This document shows, one piece after another, positions 40,067 to 52,970 of a DNA stretch of 64,000 bases. Source of the stretch: the human T2T-CHM13v2.0 reference genome, Homo sapiens; assembly GCF_009914755.1 (NCBI RefSeq), contig NC_060929.1. One strand, 5' to 3'. Under the pieces are notes generated by a model. It did no database searches. It saw only the letters and a list, made by a program, of their open reading frames with translations, and had not been told where the DNA came from. Within the stretch, counting starts at the first letter, position 1. The number at the start of each line of letters is the position of its first letter. The position numbers and the translations under genes were made by a program.

Positions 40067-42636
40067 TTAAAAAATTTTTAAAAGAAAAAAGAACAAGAGT
40101 GGTTTGAAGCTGAATACTTTTTTTGCCTAGCCTCACTCTGACTCCTGCCGATGCTGGCTCCACATCTTCTCATCCCCTCAGCCAGGTGAGCCTCACATTT
40201 GTCATGTATGTCAAGTTCCTTTCACTTGAGAAATTTCTACAATCTGTTCTCCACTCTTGCAAATGTTTAAAGTAAAGCATTTTAAAGTATTTATGCTTTC
40301 CGTTTATTCTGGCTTAACAGAGGTTTTGTATTAAAATTAGAGATATGATTTGAGACTCTATATAAATAAAATTGGAATCTTTCCACGTAGACAAAGGGGA
40401 AACTAAGAATGTCTATGGAGTGAACAACATAAATCCATGAGCAAGGAGGTTGGGGTCTCACAAACAGGAACAGAACTGTGAAGGAGCTTCATATAAACAT
40501 CTTCACATACTTACGAAGGTGAACCAAGAGGCAACTTGGCTTCTCTTCTTTTCAAAAAAAAAAAAAAAGTTTCTAAAAAATGGAGTTGTTTATAGTCATT
40601 CAAAACTCCATATCCATAAAACAGGATAAGGAATGTCTCAACACTGTAGATAAAAGTCATTTGGAGAGAGAACACTCCCTTTAATCCAAGGAATGCGTGC
40701 TGATTAGATGACGAGGGTGAACGAAGGCAGTACAACACCTATTATTAATAATAATAAAATGACTTTGAACTTCTCCAGTCCCTTTCATCTAGGAATTTCA
40801 ATTTGTTATTAAACCTCACTTTTACTTTATCACCCCTTGTAAGGCAATAAAACTGTAATACTTAGAATTTCTACATTCTCTTGTAGTTTTAAATACTTTA
40901 TCATCATTCATTTGTTGTTCAAGGCTATAACTTACTGAGTAAGCTAGGGTAATTACCCCATTTTATACAGATAGGGAAACTGAGATATAACAACTTCTTG
41001 CCAAGACCACACAGTGAGGCTGCTGCAGAGCCAGAATCAAGGCTAATACTTGAATTCGTGCAGGGCTTCTCGGTGGGAAAACTAAATCAGTTCCCATGCT
41101 TCCTCCTGAACAGCTATCTTAAGACACAGGTAGCCTTAAAATAAGGAACTTCAGAATTTTAAAAATTAACTTAGAAGAAGTAGAATAATGTTAAATATTC
41201 TGCACACTTCAAACTTAGAAGGACTAAAGAAAGGCTAACTGACAACTCATAATAGAACAGGAAGAGAAAAAGAGGAAGTGGGTGATAAACATTCACTGCT
41301 TTTCCAAAGATTCACCCCTAACTTTCACAATGGGTAATTGAAGATGCTAAATAACAACATATAACTTGTACTTTATGTATACATTGATATTATCTGATTG
41401 CAGCCCAAATTGCCTTTTAAACCCATTCTTCTCTCCCCACCCACCAGGCACTGGGAAGAGGCTGGCAACATCTTGAACATACTACCTTTCAAATCCTTCC
41501 TTAAGTGACAATGACAGCAACATTAGTGACAACTCTTGGATGGTACGGAGCATTTTTAGCCCTTAGAACCTACTCATTTGAAGTTAGTGAACTTCTGAAG
41601 AATAATTGCCTTAAATATCATATTTTAAAATTCAAATGTTATACTGAAAAAAAGCAAATACTTTATCAGGCATTTGTGGTCACTTGACCTTTTCCAAACC
41701 TAGAATGTTAGCCTTATTAAAATCCACAGCTTTTCTGCCTCTTTCCATTGCGAAAGGGAGGAGGGAAAGACCTAACCCTTAGACAAGTATTTTATTTAAC
41801 TTCAGAGGCCACTGAAGTATTTTATTTCCTTTGTGAACTTTCCAAGTGCCTTCTGCCCTAGGCAACAAGCAAAGGGTGAATGTAAGGAGTGGTGAAACCA
41901 AAAGTGGCTTGGCTGCTCCGGTCAAAAAATAAAAATCAACAACATGTCCAACAGTTGAGATAAATACCCTCCAAACTTGCATCTTGTACATGAAACTGGG
42001 TCAGATCAGGCCAGGCCAGGTCATTGTCCCCAGCGGTAGTTATCGATGGAAAACAATGTCACAGGCAAAGAACCCTGGACCAGGGAGATCCCCCTACCTC
42101 CCATATCCCCATACCCTAAAGACAGATCATGCATGTACTTTGGCCATGTATAGAAAAACAAAAATAAATAAACCACCCCTTGATTACTAATCTCAAACTT
42201 CAGGCAATGTGTGAATGAGATGACTGAGAATACGTGCCGAACTCTGCATTCCTCAACAGAAACCTAGCACCATGTGTATTTCTATCAATTTAATACATTA
42301 GATTACACTTAATACAGAAGGCAGACTCTGTTTTTCTGTAAAGTAGAATTGCTACATTTCTACTCTTCCGTTAGCCCACCCTGCAAAACAGCAACAACAA
42401 TTTAAAACAAAAAATGCTCCTCTAGACCTTTCATTTTGTTTTCCAGAAATATTGCCAATTTTGCCAAGTTAAAGCCAAGATTCACCACTGCCGATTCCAC
42501 CCCCAACCCTGCCAAAATCTGAGAAAAACAATAGTTTCAGACATGACAAACACATTGCAAAAAGAGTCAGAACAACAAGTTATGGAAACAGGAAATTATT
42601 TAAAACCTTGAATAAAATATCCTTGAAGCACTTAAA

Positions 42637-42657
42637 ACACACACACACACACACACA
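42637..42657. repeat. (AC)10 microsatellite
   Basis: Directly visible. Confidence 0.9.
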
Positions 42658-44496
42658 TTTCCAAGTCAAAGGATACATTGGAAGTCCTCTTAAGGAAATG
42701 TAATTTGGCAAGTGACTGCCTAGTAGAAATTTATACCATTGGTAAAAGTTGTTCACTAGATGCAGAAGAGCTAAACTGCAAGTTCATGGAAGAAACCACC
42801 TCTTCAAATCTCAATAAAAGATTAGCAGGCAGTTGCTTGTAGGCTTGGCTTTAAATCTGCCAAGCTGGCTTGGAGGCAGCTCATTTTTTTTTTTATACAA
42901 GTCTTCATTCAAAATCAAAATTAGACCCAACTGTCCCTTGCAATTACATTTTAGTGGCTTGAGCTGGGTGTTTGTGTTTTTTCTAGGTGATTAATAGCGC
43001 TCACATTTAAATGGTCTCAGTCAGCCTCTGCAGTCATTAACACCCTATTAAGATGGATGAGAAGAACTTCGCACCTTTTGTTTCAGTTTGCAGGGCCCTG
43101 GACTTCACAAAACAGCAAGGCACTGATTTAGGAAGGGAAGATTATCTGCACAACCAGACAAGCTAAAACTTCCTTTAAAAACAAACAAATTTTCAAAATC
43201 CCTTATAAAACCTTATTTTTGGAAACACTCTTCAAATATCATCTTAAGAACATTAAGCCCGAAGTTTCCCCGTACCTGAATTTATGCATATATTTGGCAT
43301 GGTTCTTCAGTAATGTTTACAGAGCTCCGGGTTTCTTCACTACTGTTGCCTTTGCTCAAAGCCTGTAATTATGATCGGGAGACTTCTGTTTCTAAGGAAA
43401 AGCAATAGTAACATGAATATCTAGTTGCCTTTGAGGAAAAATACATTAGTGAAAGTCTATGTGTGACAATCAAAACGCTGGCTCCATTCCTCCAAAATGG
43501 TAGTGAAACCTCATGTATTTGGAAAATTCAAGTAAGAGTTAATTGGTTCTATTTAAAGGAAAAAAAAAAATGAAGAAGCTAAAAGTCTACAGCAGTATGC
43601 TGCCCGAGATTTTGTTTAACCACCAGAGTGGTCATTGACACTGGTATTTTTAAATTTTCCTCAAAAAGCATTCCCTCAAGCACATCCTGTGTGGTGATGG
43701 TGGTGAATTTGTAGCAAAACCACTTGTTCACAAACTTGCAAAACAGAGTACTTCACCTTTTTGTGTTGAAGTTCTCACAGAGCAGGACACACCCTCCTTT
43801 TAGAACAAAAACCTGCATTTAATTGATAGGTTTGTTCTGTGTACAGGTGGTCCGTGAATCAACAAGGCATTGCCATTGTTATCATTTTGACTTACCAATT
43901 AAGAAAGTGAATTTATTGGATGTAAATTATTTATGCTATTGCCTCTTAATTATTATCTTCCATTGAAGCAGATATCTTTCAAATCATACGGGAAAGTATA
44001 GCATTTTTAAAGCAATGACAATATGCATATCTTAGCCCAGTCACATAAAAGTTCAGAATCCATGTGCATCTCACATCCTTTACCTGAGTACCCATACACA
44101 CACATGCCTGATATTCCTTATTATACTTTTATATATTATAGGAAAAGCTTTTCCCAAGGAGCAAATGTAGCAATGTACCTTCAACATTCTAACAAGTTAT
44201 TTACACCCAATTTCTACAGAAGGCAAACGTTCTTCCTTCTAGCTATTTGACAATCCCAACAGTTTTAAAAATTATTAAATTCCTATTCATTCCAACTCTA
44301 AAATTATAAAGTTAACCATTTTCTCTCTTCTCTCCTATTATATTTGAAGGACTGTCCTACTCCTATCAAGAACCAATCCCCCTACTAGTGTTATAAAATT
44401 CATCCTCCTCATCCTCTCTAGGATTTCATACCCTCCTTACTACATCATCAATTTCCCTCTCTCTATTGGATCTTTCCCATCAGTACACAAGCATGC

Positions 44497-44637
44497 TGTA
44501 GTAAGAATGGCCTCACCAGACACCCGATCTGCTGACACCTTGATCTTGGACTTCCCAGCCTCCAAAACTGTAAGAAATAAATGTGTGTTGCTTAAACCAG
44601 TTTATGGTATTCTGTTCTGGCAGTCTGAACTAAGACA
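44497..44637 (+). mobile_element. Short MLT1A-like LTR within an L2 remnant (~44330-45000)
   Basis: CTCACCAGACACC...CTTGATCTTGGACTTCCCAGCCTCCAAAACTGTAAGAAATAAATG...CTAAGACA. Confidence 0.8.
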
Positions 44638-46196
44638 GATCCTATATCCCCTTCCAGCTGTTACTACATTTCTCTGCCCCAATTCACAATAAAAATTTTC
44701 TAAAGAAATTCTCTCACTCTTATCTCCCATTTTCATTTCTACCCCCTCCAGCCCCATTTGTTTTCTGTCCCCACCACTGCACTGATATTTGTTCTCTGAT
44801 TTCTTCCGTGACCTCATCCTAATTGGGTAGTGTTTAATATGTTGTCTAATTTTCCTGTTCCTGGAACACACTCCCGACTCTCCACCCTGTGGTGATTTTC
44901 CTTCTACCTCCCTGGCCCGTACTTCTCAGACTCCTTTATTGGTTCTTCAGCATCCAGCTAACATTTGATTTTACAAAGCTCCAAGTCTTGGTTCTGTATC
45001 TTTTACCATCTTTTAGGTGGAATGATAGGTAATAATATTTGAGGTGAACCTGGAAAGTCATCCCCGAGAAAGAAACCATTCTGCTCACTCTCCATCTTCT
45101 TTACCTGGAGAACCAACCATGGAGGCCAAGGTGCCTTAATGTGGCAGGAAGAAAATCTGTAGGGTACGGTATTTAGAAAGAGGACATGACCAGCTGTGCT
45201 AAATGCAACCAGAAATGAAGTAAAAGGAGGATTGAGGTGTGTCCACTGGAATTCTTTCGGAGATTATTAATGACCTTAGAAAGAACAATTCTTTGGGGCA
45301 ATGGGGACAGAAGGCAGCTGAGAGTGGATATAGCTGCAAGTGAGAACGGAGCAGAAATAAGGATAAGTGACAATTGTTCAACGACTAAGTAGTCCCATGC
45401 TTTAAAATTCTTCAGAATAAGCAGTATGATTCATAGGTGTATGTAAGTTAACTTTAATCAGACCTCAGTAGGAGGTTAGTTAGCTCTTAGATGAATGTCA
45501 TTAGGAATCTAGACTTACAGAGGCACTAAGACAAGTGCTTCAAATACTATCTCAATCTACCCCAGATAGTTAATTACCTTACTGGATGTTGGAAATAAAT
45601 TTTCTTTTGTGAAATGAGTAGGGTTCATGATATTTGGAGAAGAAAAGAGATTGTGTGGGTTCTATCTTCTCCATCTGAAAGAAATTAAAGAATCTAGCAA
45701 ACCTAATAGCCTAACACCTTCTAACTAGAGCCTAGGTTTCCAACTCCTGTGTCCTCCACACATACAGGGCTCTGATGCCCGATCCAATCAGAAGTCCCAC
45801 AGAATATCAGGTGTCACTTTAGAGGAATTCTTTCATGCAAATGCCAAAAGACAGCAATGGTCTCAGTTGATTTTATAGGAACTGGTTTTATACATTTTGT
45901 GCCTATTTTATAATAAATATTGGTATAAATAGCAGATTTCAAACTAAGACTTGCATCCATTATAACACACTACCTGGAAGTAAGTGACAACGAGGAGCCA
46001 TAAATCCTTCTCTACCTCTAACGATCAGAACCTACTGATGTTTACCAAAATACTCTGACTATTTTTGAACTGCAAATTTAGCTTGAGGTCACTTGGTAGC
46101 AACTCTTTAAAGAAGTGTAGCTGTGAAAGGAAGAAGAAAGGTAGGCAGTAGATGAATGGAAGGAGAGCTAACTAGAATCAAGAAAGTGGTTTTGGA

Positions 46197-46529
46197 GGGC
46201 ACAGTAGCTCACGCCTGTAATCTCAGCAATTTGGTAGGCCGAGGTGGGAGGATCACTTGAGCCCAGGAGTTTGAGAGTTTGAGGCCAGCCTGGGCAACAA
46301 AGTGAGACCCCTTCTCTGCAAAAAAAAAAAAAAAAAAGAAGAAGAAGAAGAGAAAGAAAAGAAAAATTAGCCAGCTGTGGTTCCAGGACACGCCCATGGT
46401 CCCAGCTACTCAGAAGGTGGGAGGCTCCCTTGTGCCCAGAAGTTCAAGGCTGCAGTGAGCCACTACACTCCAGCCTGTGCAATAGGGCAAGACTCTGTCT
46501 CAAAAAAAAAAAAAAAAAGAAGAAGAAGA
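46197..46529 (+). mobile_element. AluJ with expanded A/GAA linker
   Basis: GGAGGATCACTTGAGCCCAGGAG; duplicated GAGTTTGA; A18(GAA)4 linker and A17(GAA)3 tail. Confidence 0.9.
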
Positions 46530-49500
46530 TAAAATGAAGTTTTTATATTTGTTTTTGTTTATTTATTGTGTTTCTAAATGGAAGAAAAAGAAAGGAAGAT
46601 CAGAGACTTAAGACACAGAAATAAAATCTGAAAGAATAGTGGGTGATAGCCAGGAAGCAGAGGAAGAAGGGACTTAAACATGGGGAATGACAGGCCTTAG
46701 AAATATCAGGCTCCCTCCCATAATAAACAGAGGGAAGAAAATGAGGACGAGGTAGTGGTGGGTAGCTTTGCAGATTTTATAGCAGAGATTTCAAGATCTT
46801 ACCTATTTCTCCCTGAGGTGAAATACAGGTGAAATCATTCTTTGAGGATAAGTGGAGTGGTAGATAATTCACAGATTTTAAATTCTCCAAATATAGAATT
46901 GATCAATGGAACTCAAGTTTAATATCTAGAGTTTATGATGTTGGTTATTCTGAAGCTATCAAGATTGTGCTTGTATAAAAATATAAAGGCCAAAAAAATC
47001 TGTGAATTCACAGTGAAAATTTATTTTGCTTTTTTCCTACAGTTTCCTTATTTCCAAAGCTCAAAATGGAGAAAGTGATTTAATCAGTTCGTTTGAGAAC
47101 TGGATCACTGCCTAGTAAACAGGGGTATGATGTCCATTACCACATAAATACCTCAGTAAAAGGGTGTAGTCACTCCTGCAGCCACATCCATATTTCAAGG
47201 GAGTTGGAGGAAAGAAGGTTGATATAAAGAGTATTAAATTAAATTTCTTTCTTTTTGCTTTGTTTTCCTTATTTTATTTCTTAAGTAAAGTAATTTAGGA
47301 ACAGGGACCTGCTTTCATTTACCTGGTTTTGAATTTGTTTCAAACCAGCTTTGGGGTTATTGTTTGTTTTGCAGCTGTCATTCTAGCTTCTATTATATTC
47401 CATTTCAAAACCAACATTTTAAGTCATTATCTTTTAGATGCCTGTCATATGGGAAAGTACCTGCTATAAATTGCCAGAGAGCAAAATTTTAGTTTTCTAT
47501 ACTTACTACTATTCTTTATATTAAATGGAAATAGTGGTTAGGGTACCAAAAAAAATTCTTTTTCTGTTTTCTTCTTAACTTTTTGTTCTATATGAAGCTC
47601 CAGAAAACCAGTGTTTGACAGAGGGATTATACACAAAATGCAAAGGTTAGAAAGTATGTGAATTATCCATACATATGGTCTGGGGTTTGGGTATTAATGA
47701 GACTTAGAAATCTGGAGTATTTCGCCTTGATCCTAAAGCCCCATGGAATGCTTCGGGTGTCTCGCCACATGGTGAAGGAGATGGGAGAAAACTGGCAGAG
47801 GCTCTCCCTTCCCACCCAGTTTAACTGATTGAGACAGGGCAATTTTGCTGGAAGAGTCTGTTGGCAATCTGTAGGTCTCAGCTTGCTCCTCTATGCCTTG
47901 CTGTGAGAAAGAGCTGTTGGAAGAGAATCAAGGCAAGAAACTTTTGCTGCTCTGGTTTAAAGCTTATGAAAGCAAATGATCTCCAGGGCACTAATCCTTT
48001 CACCTTAGTAAACATGCAACAGATCTACACGAAAGAAAATCTGAAAGACATCCCATTTCTCCTCCTGCAGCAACTCAGGCTCCACACTGACTAATAGGTG
48101 TCTCATGAGTCTCCACAGGAGAAACGTAAGAAAACAAAAAAGACAGAAGTTGGAGGGTAAAAAAAAAAAAAAATCATGAATTCCCATAAAGCCCAAAGTT
48201 GCTCTGACTAGAAGCCATGTGTTATTCCTCCTTGTCCTTACTGCACAGATAAAGATAGTTTGACAGAAATCAACATGGGTTGCTAATAGTCATTTTGCTT
48301 TATTTTTAAACTCACAACAGGATGTCAGGTTTTGTGTTGTTTTACTTTTTAATCAACCCCATTCTTTCCTATTTACTGGCACAAACTCCCTCGGCAACTT
48401 GCTGTGTCAGGGAATGACTTTGAGAGGCAATCTATTAAACTCAAAACTGAAGGATTTTTCCCCCTGTAGATCTGTTTCTCAATTTTAATTATTGATTGAA
48501 AATTGTTTGCAATGAATAAAAATACACACTGAAGGTAGGGGATGAAAACAAAAACACACCCAAACCCAAAGATATTTTTCCCCTTAGTCACATATTTCTT
48601 TTAAAATATTGGTATGGATTGTCAGTGTATTTGAGGACATTTGGCAATCCATACCAGGGCTTTCATCTCCGGAAATTGAATATCAGGTCAAACTAGTGGT
48701 TTTATCGGGCCCTTATCAGCAAACAAGAGCATGAAAAATAGTATTTGATATATAGTCCCTAGAGAAAGTGGCGAGGCAACCTGGCACCAAATTACAGGAA
48801 TTATGGATGTTATACCAATATTTTAATCAATAAAGCTGTGACTTTTCTCCACTAGGGACACATTACTTGGTGAAATACCTGAGCTTGCTTTAAAAACCCG
48901 GTCTCTGGGCAGTGTGGGAGGAGAGGGGAGGAATGAAGGGGATCACACTACATCTAATCCAAACACCTTTAAAGAGAAGAGAAATCCACATTGGAACAAA
49001 GCTAGGCAACCATCAAATGAAGATGTCCTTCCTGAATAATAGAAAGGGAAGTCCCCCCACGCCAGCATGGGGATTTTCCCAAAGAGCAAAGCACGGATTT
49101 ATGTTCCCCTTTCAGTCTCTTCCCTCCAGTGTAATGATGGGAAATTCTCTGAAAACTTCAGCTATCACCCATTATAAACCATTAACAGAGGTCTCACAAT
49201 GACTTTGCATTTTCTGCCTCTACAAATGCGACAAATGCAGCTGGAGGACTGAAATTTTCCCCTGGCTGCCCCAGAGATAGACTGGGATACTGAAGGTCCC
49301 AGATTGAAAACATCAGGAAGTCTTTAGAGGTCATCATTTCAAAGTCATAGGAATGGGTCTTTATATTACAGAAGGAATGGGAGGGAGGATAGGGAGAAAG
49401 ATGGAATCTTAGATCAGACCAAACTTTATAGCTACAGGCTGGGATTCCCTGAAGCTGATGGGGTGACCCAGGGTGGATGTATAACGCACCTGACTTCACC

Positions 49501-49755
49501 AAAAGACCGGAAGAGAGGTGAGATTACAAACTGAGTGCATCAGTATGACTATCTCCATGAGGGACCATGGGAAATATTAAACATTAGCTGCAAATTTTCC
49601 CCTACTATGTCATCACTGCCGTAAGTTAACCCAGTCCATCTTACTATCAGTCATATCTACTGCTTGAGTGGCAGTGGTGAAAGAACAAATGGACAGGGTA
49701 GTTAAGGGACCTGTAGCCTTCCCAAAGCCAGGCTCTGTTGGCAAAGAGTAGGATG

Positions 49756-50183
49756 CACAATCATCTTCCATTAGCCACAGTTTCACTTTCATGGTTTCAG
49801 TTACCTGTAATCAACCATGCTCCAAATATAGTAAATGGAAAATCAGACGATCCTCGCTTCAGAAGGTCTATTGACCTAACGCTCTGTCACAAGGCCTACA
49901 TCATTCATCTCATCACACAGGCATTTTATCATCTCACGTCTTCACAAGAAGGGTGCATACAGTACAATAAAATATTTTAAGAAATAGACCACACTCACAT
50001 AACTTTTATGACAATATATTGTTATAGTTATTCTAATATCTGCTTTTGTTGCTAATTGTTTACTTGCCTCATTTATAAAGAAGACTTTATCATACTATGT
50101 AAGTATGTGAAAACCAGTATATACAGGGTTTAGGGCTACTTAAGATTTCAGGCCTTCACTATGGTTCTTAGAATGTGTCTTCC
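49756..50183 (+). mobile_element. Tigger4 (Zombi, TcMar-Tigger) internal-deletion derivative
   Basis: GTTTCACTTTCATGGTTTCAGTTACC, CAGAAGGTC..CCTAACGCT, ACAGTACAATAA..ATATTTT, AGACCACA.TCACATAACTTTTAT. Confidence 0.8.
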
Positions 50184-51605
50184 ATTCATGTCACCATTGG
50201 GCCTAGTTGCAGAAGTTCAAGAGGATGACTGTAGCAAAGAAGGGGTTGGCCCACAGGAAAGAGGAGTGACAAAAAGTTGCCTATGGCACTGAGGAGGAGA
50301 ACAGAGAGCTATAAGGCAAACCACTCTTTTCCCATGATACGTAAATATGTGATTCATAAAAGGGAGTGTGGGGAGGCAGGTGCTTGGGTGGCCTGCACTA
50401 TATTTCTTCTTGTCTGGTTACCTAAACATCAGAGATGTCTTCACTACAGACTTTTGATAGAATCTTCCAAGTTATTCAGTTTCTAACCAAAATGTTCAGC
50501 CCTGGAGTTTTTCTAAAATAGTGATTATCAGCTAGTGGTATAAGTGCCACCAGTGGAAACCCCCAAAAAAGCCTAGAGTTGAAAATTACTTCCCTTACCA
50601 AAACCTGGCCATTCTCTCCCATTCTTTCTCACTACTCATCCATTTAACAAATATTTATAACAAGACTGGAATGTAGCAAGATCATTATTTCAAATATTTG
50701 TGTTTTCCTTTCTGAACTTACTGTGACATCCCCTCTAGTCAGCCAGAGGCAAGCACATAGCCTTGAGGAGAAGTCAATTTGAGATATTTGTTTTTAATTT
50801 CTAAAATAGTCTCTAGAGAATCAAAAGAGAAGGCCTGAGGGGAGCAAATGATCAAGTTCAGGTCATGAAAATAGAGCAGGTAAAAAAATAGAGGAACAGA
50901 GAAATGTGCAGGGAAAGGCTGAGGGGTGGTCGGGGCTGAGAGCCTCAGAAAGGAGAGGTCACAGTGGACGGTGGAGAGTGGGACCTCAGGGCAAAGCTGG
51001 AGACCACCTCTCAGGATTCCAGGAGTACAGCCCAGAGTGGGGAAGAAAAGACTCGGCAAACATTTTCTGTGATGCTGAGAGTGAAGCCTTCTATTCCAGA
51101 GGACTATGCATAGCCCTGAATCTTTTGCAGAAAGACTTCCCATCCCCAGCACAGGCCCCGGAACTTTCTAAGCTCATCTGAGATTATTTGAATGAATTAC
51201 TTTCCTCCCTCTTTATCAAAACCCCTAATAAACATAAGCCCTCAGAACAGAAAGCAGGGCGTCAACACACAGGCAGCACTGGTGGCTTCAAAGTCCTGTC
51301 GTGAGGACAACCGCAGAGGGATACAGAGATGGAGGCACTACAACTTCACAAAGCCTATGGGCCAGGCCCTTTGCTACCTAGGACTCAAATAACAGGATAG
51401 AGTCACAGCTCTCGGGCAGAATGCAAGAGGTTTGAAAGAGGAGGAGAGAGAAGGGAGAGGAGAGAGGGAGAGAGAAAACAGATATCCATAGTAAAATAGA
51501 AGGAATATTGAGTTCACCGTAGGAACATAGAAGAGAATATCTTAAACCAGAATCGTTGCTTCAGCTGAGTATTAAATGATTAATAGCATTTAGCCGCAGG
51601 GAAGG

Positions 51606-52082
51606 TGTATTAGTTTCCTATTGCTGCTGTATAAAATTACCAAAAATTTAGTGGCTTAAAACAGGAGACATTCATTATTTTACAGTTCTGGAGGTTAGGT
51701 TAGAAATCTGAAATGGGTTTTACCAGGCTAAAATCAAGGTGACAGCTGAGCTGCATTCCTTCTGGAAGTGCTAAGGGAGAAGCTATAGCATTCCTTGGTT
51801 TATGGCCCACTTCTAGCAATGACATCACTCTGACCATCACTTCTAGCAATGTCATCACATCACCTTCTCTGACTCTGACCCTTCCTCCTATAAGGACCCT
51901 GTGGTTACATTGGGCCCATCTAGATAAGCCAGGTAAATCTCTCCATCTCAAGACCCTTAGCTTAATCACATCTGTACATCTGTAAAGTCACTTTTGCCAT
52001 TTAAGGTAACATATGCACATGTTTCAGGAATTAGCACACAGATATCTTGGGAGAAGGAAAGGGCATTGTCCTGCCTACCACA
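51606..52082 (-). mobile_element. MLT1D-like solo LTR
   Basis: TGTATTAGTTTCCTATTGCTGCTGT...GGCTAAAATCAAGGTG...CTGCCTACCACA; internal ~30-bp tandem copy of CACTTCTAGCAATG.CATCAC. Confidence 0.88.
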
Positions 52083-52089
52083 AGGAAGT

Positions 52090-52640
52090 TTCAAGCAAAG
52101 GCAACAACCACTGTATAGTCCAGAAGGCAGAGAGAGAGTAGTACATGTGAATGAAACCCCAGGTCAATAAGGCTTAAAAAAAGGGAAGTCAAGGTCCAGG
52201 CAGGAGTGATAAGAGAGTGTTCAGTGGGACAGGCAACGACTGGGTCAGGAAGAGCTCTGTATTCCAGTTTAAGGGACTGGATTTTATGAGAAGAGCAATA
52301 AATAGCCATTTGTAAATTCTAAACAGGGGCCTAATGTCTAGATTTACATTCTAGAAAAATCATTCTGGCTCAAGTTTAGTAGTGTACAAAAGCCGAAGGA
52401 AGCTGTGAGTTGGAAGGGAGGCAAACAAAGGGGGAGGCTGTTTTTATGATCCAGGTAAAAAGTGAGTAGATCCTGAACTAAGGCAACAGATATGAAGAGG
52501 ATTGCAGAATTCACGAAAAAGCACAGAGTGCCCATCTGCAGGATGAGATGATGGACTCTAATATGAAAACAAGAAGAGTCATGAATGATAACCAGGCTTT
52601 TGTGTCAGGTGACTGCATACATGGTGATGCCTCTTCTTAG
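52090..52640 (-). mobile_element. L2 LINE fragment
   Basis: TTCTAAACAGGGG...AGATTTACATTCTAGAAAAATCATTCTGGCT...CCTGAACTAAGGCA. Confidence 0.65.
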
Positions 52641-52869
52641 TACCTGTCACTGAGTTCACAAATAAGGGGCCACGGATCAGCTTTCAGACAGATATGGATG
52701 TGATAATAAATTTCATTTCAGTCCCAACACTCTGCTCCTTCATTCCTGCATTCAAATCTCAACAACTACCCGTAAGATGCCCAATTATTGGAATTATCAG
52801 AATGCTCAATAATCCCCCAAATTCAAAATGCTACTTGTTTGTATATTATGTAGGCTTCAACCAGTCCAG

Positions 52870-52872
<3 letters not shown>

Positions 52873-52900
<28 letters not shown>
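52873..52900. repeat. (TG)14 microsatellite
   Basis: Directly visible. Confidence 0.95.
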
Positions 52901-52901
<1 letters not shown>

Positions 52902-52970
52902 CTTACTTTTTCAGGTGGTGAATTTTCCTGGGAAAATTTACATGATTTGGAGTTGGTGTAATGGATCTTC

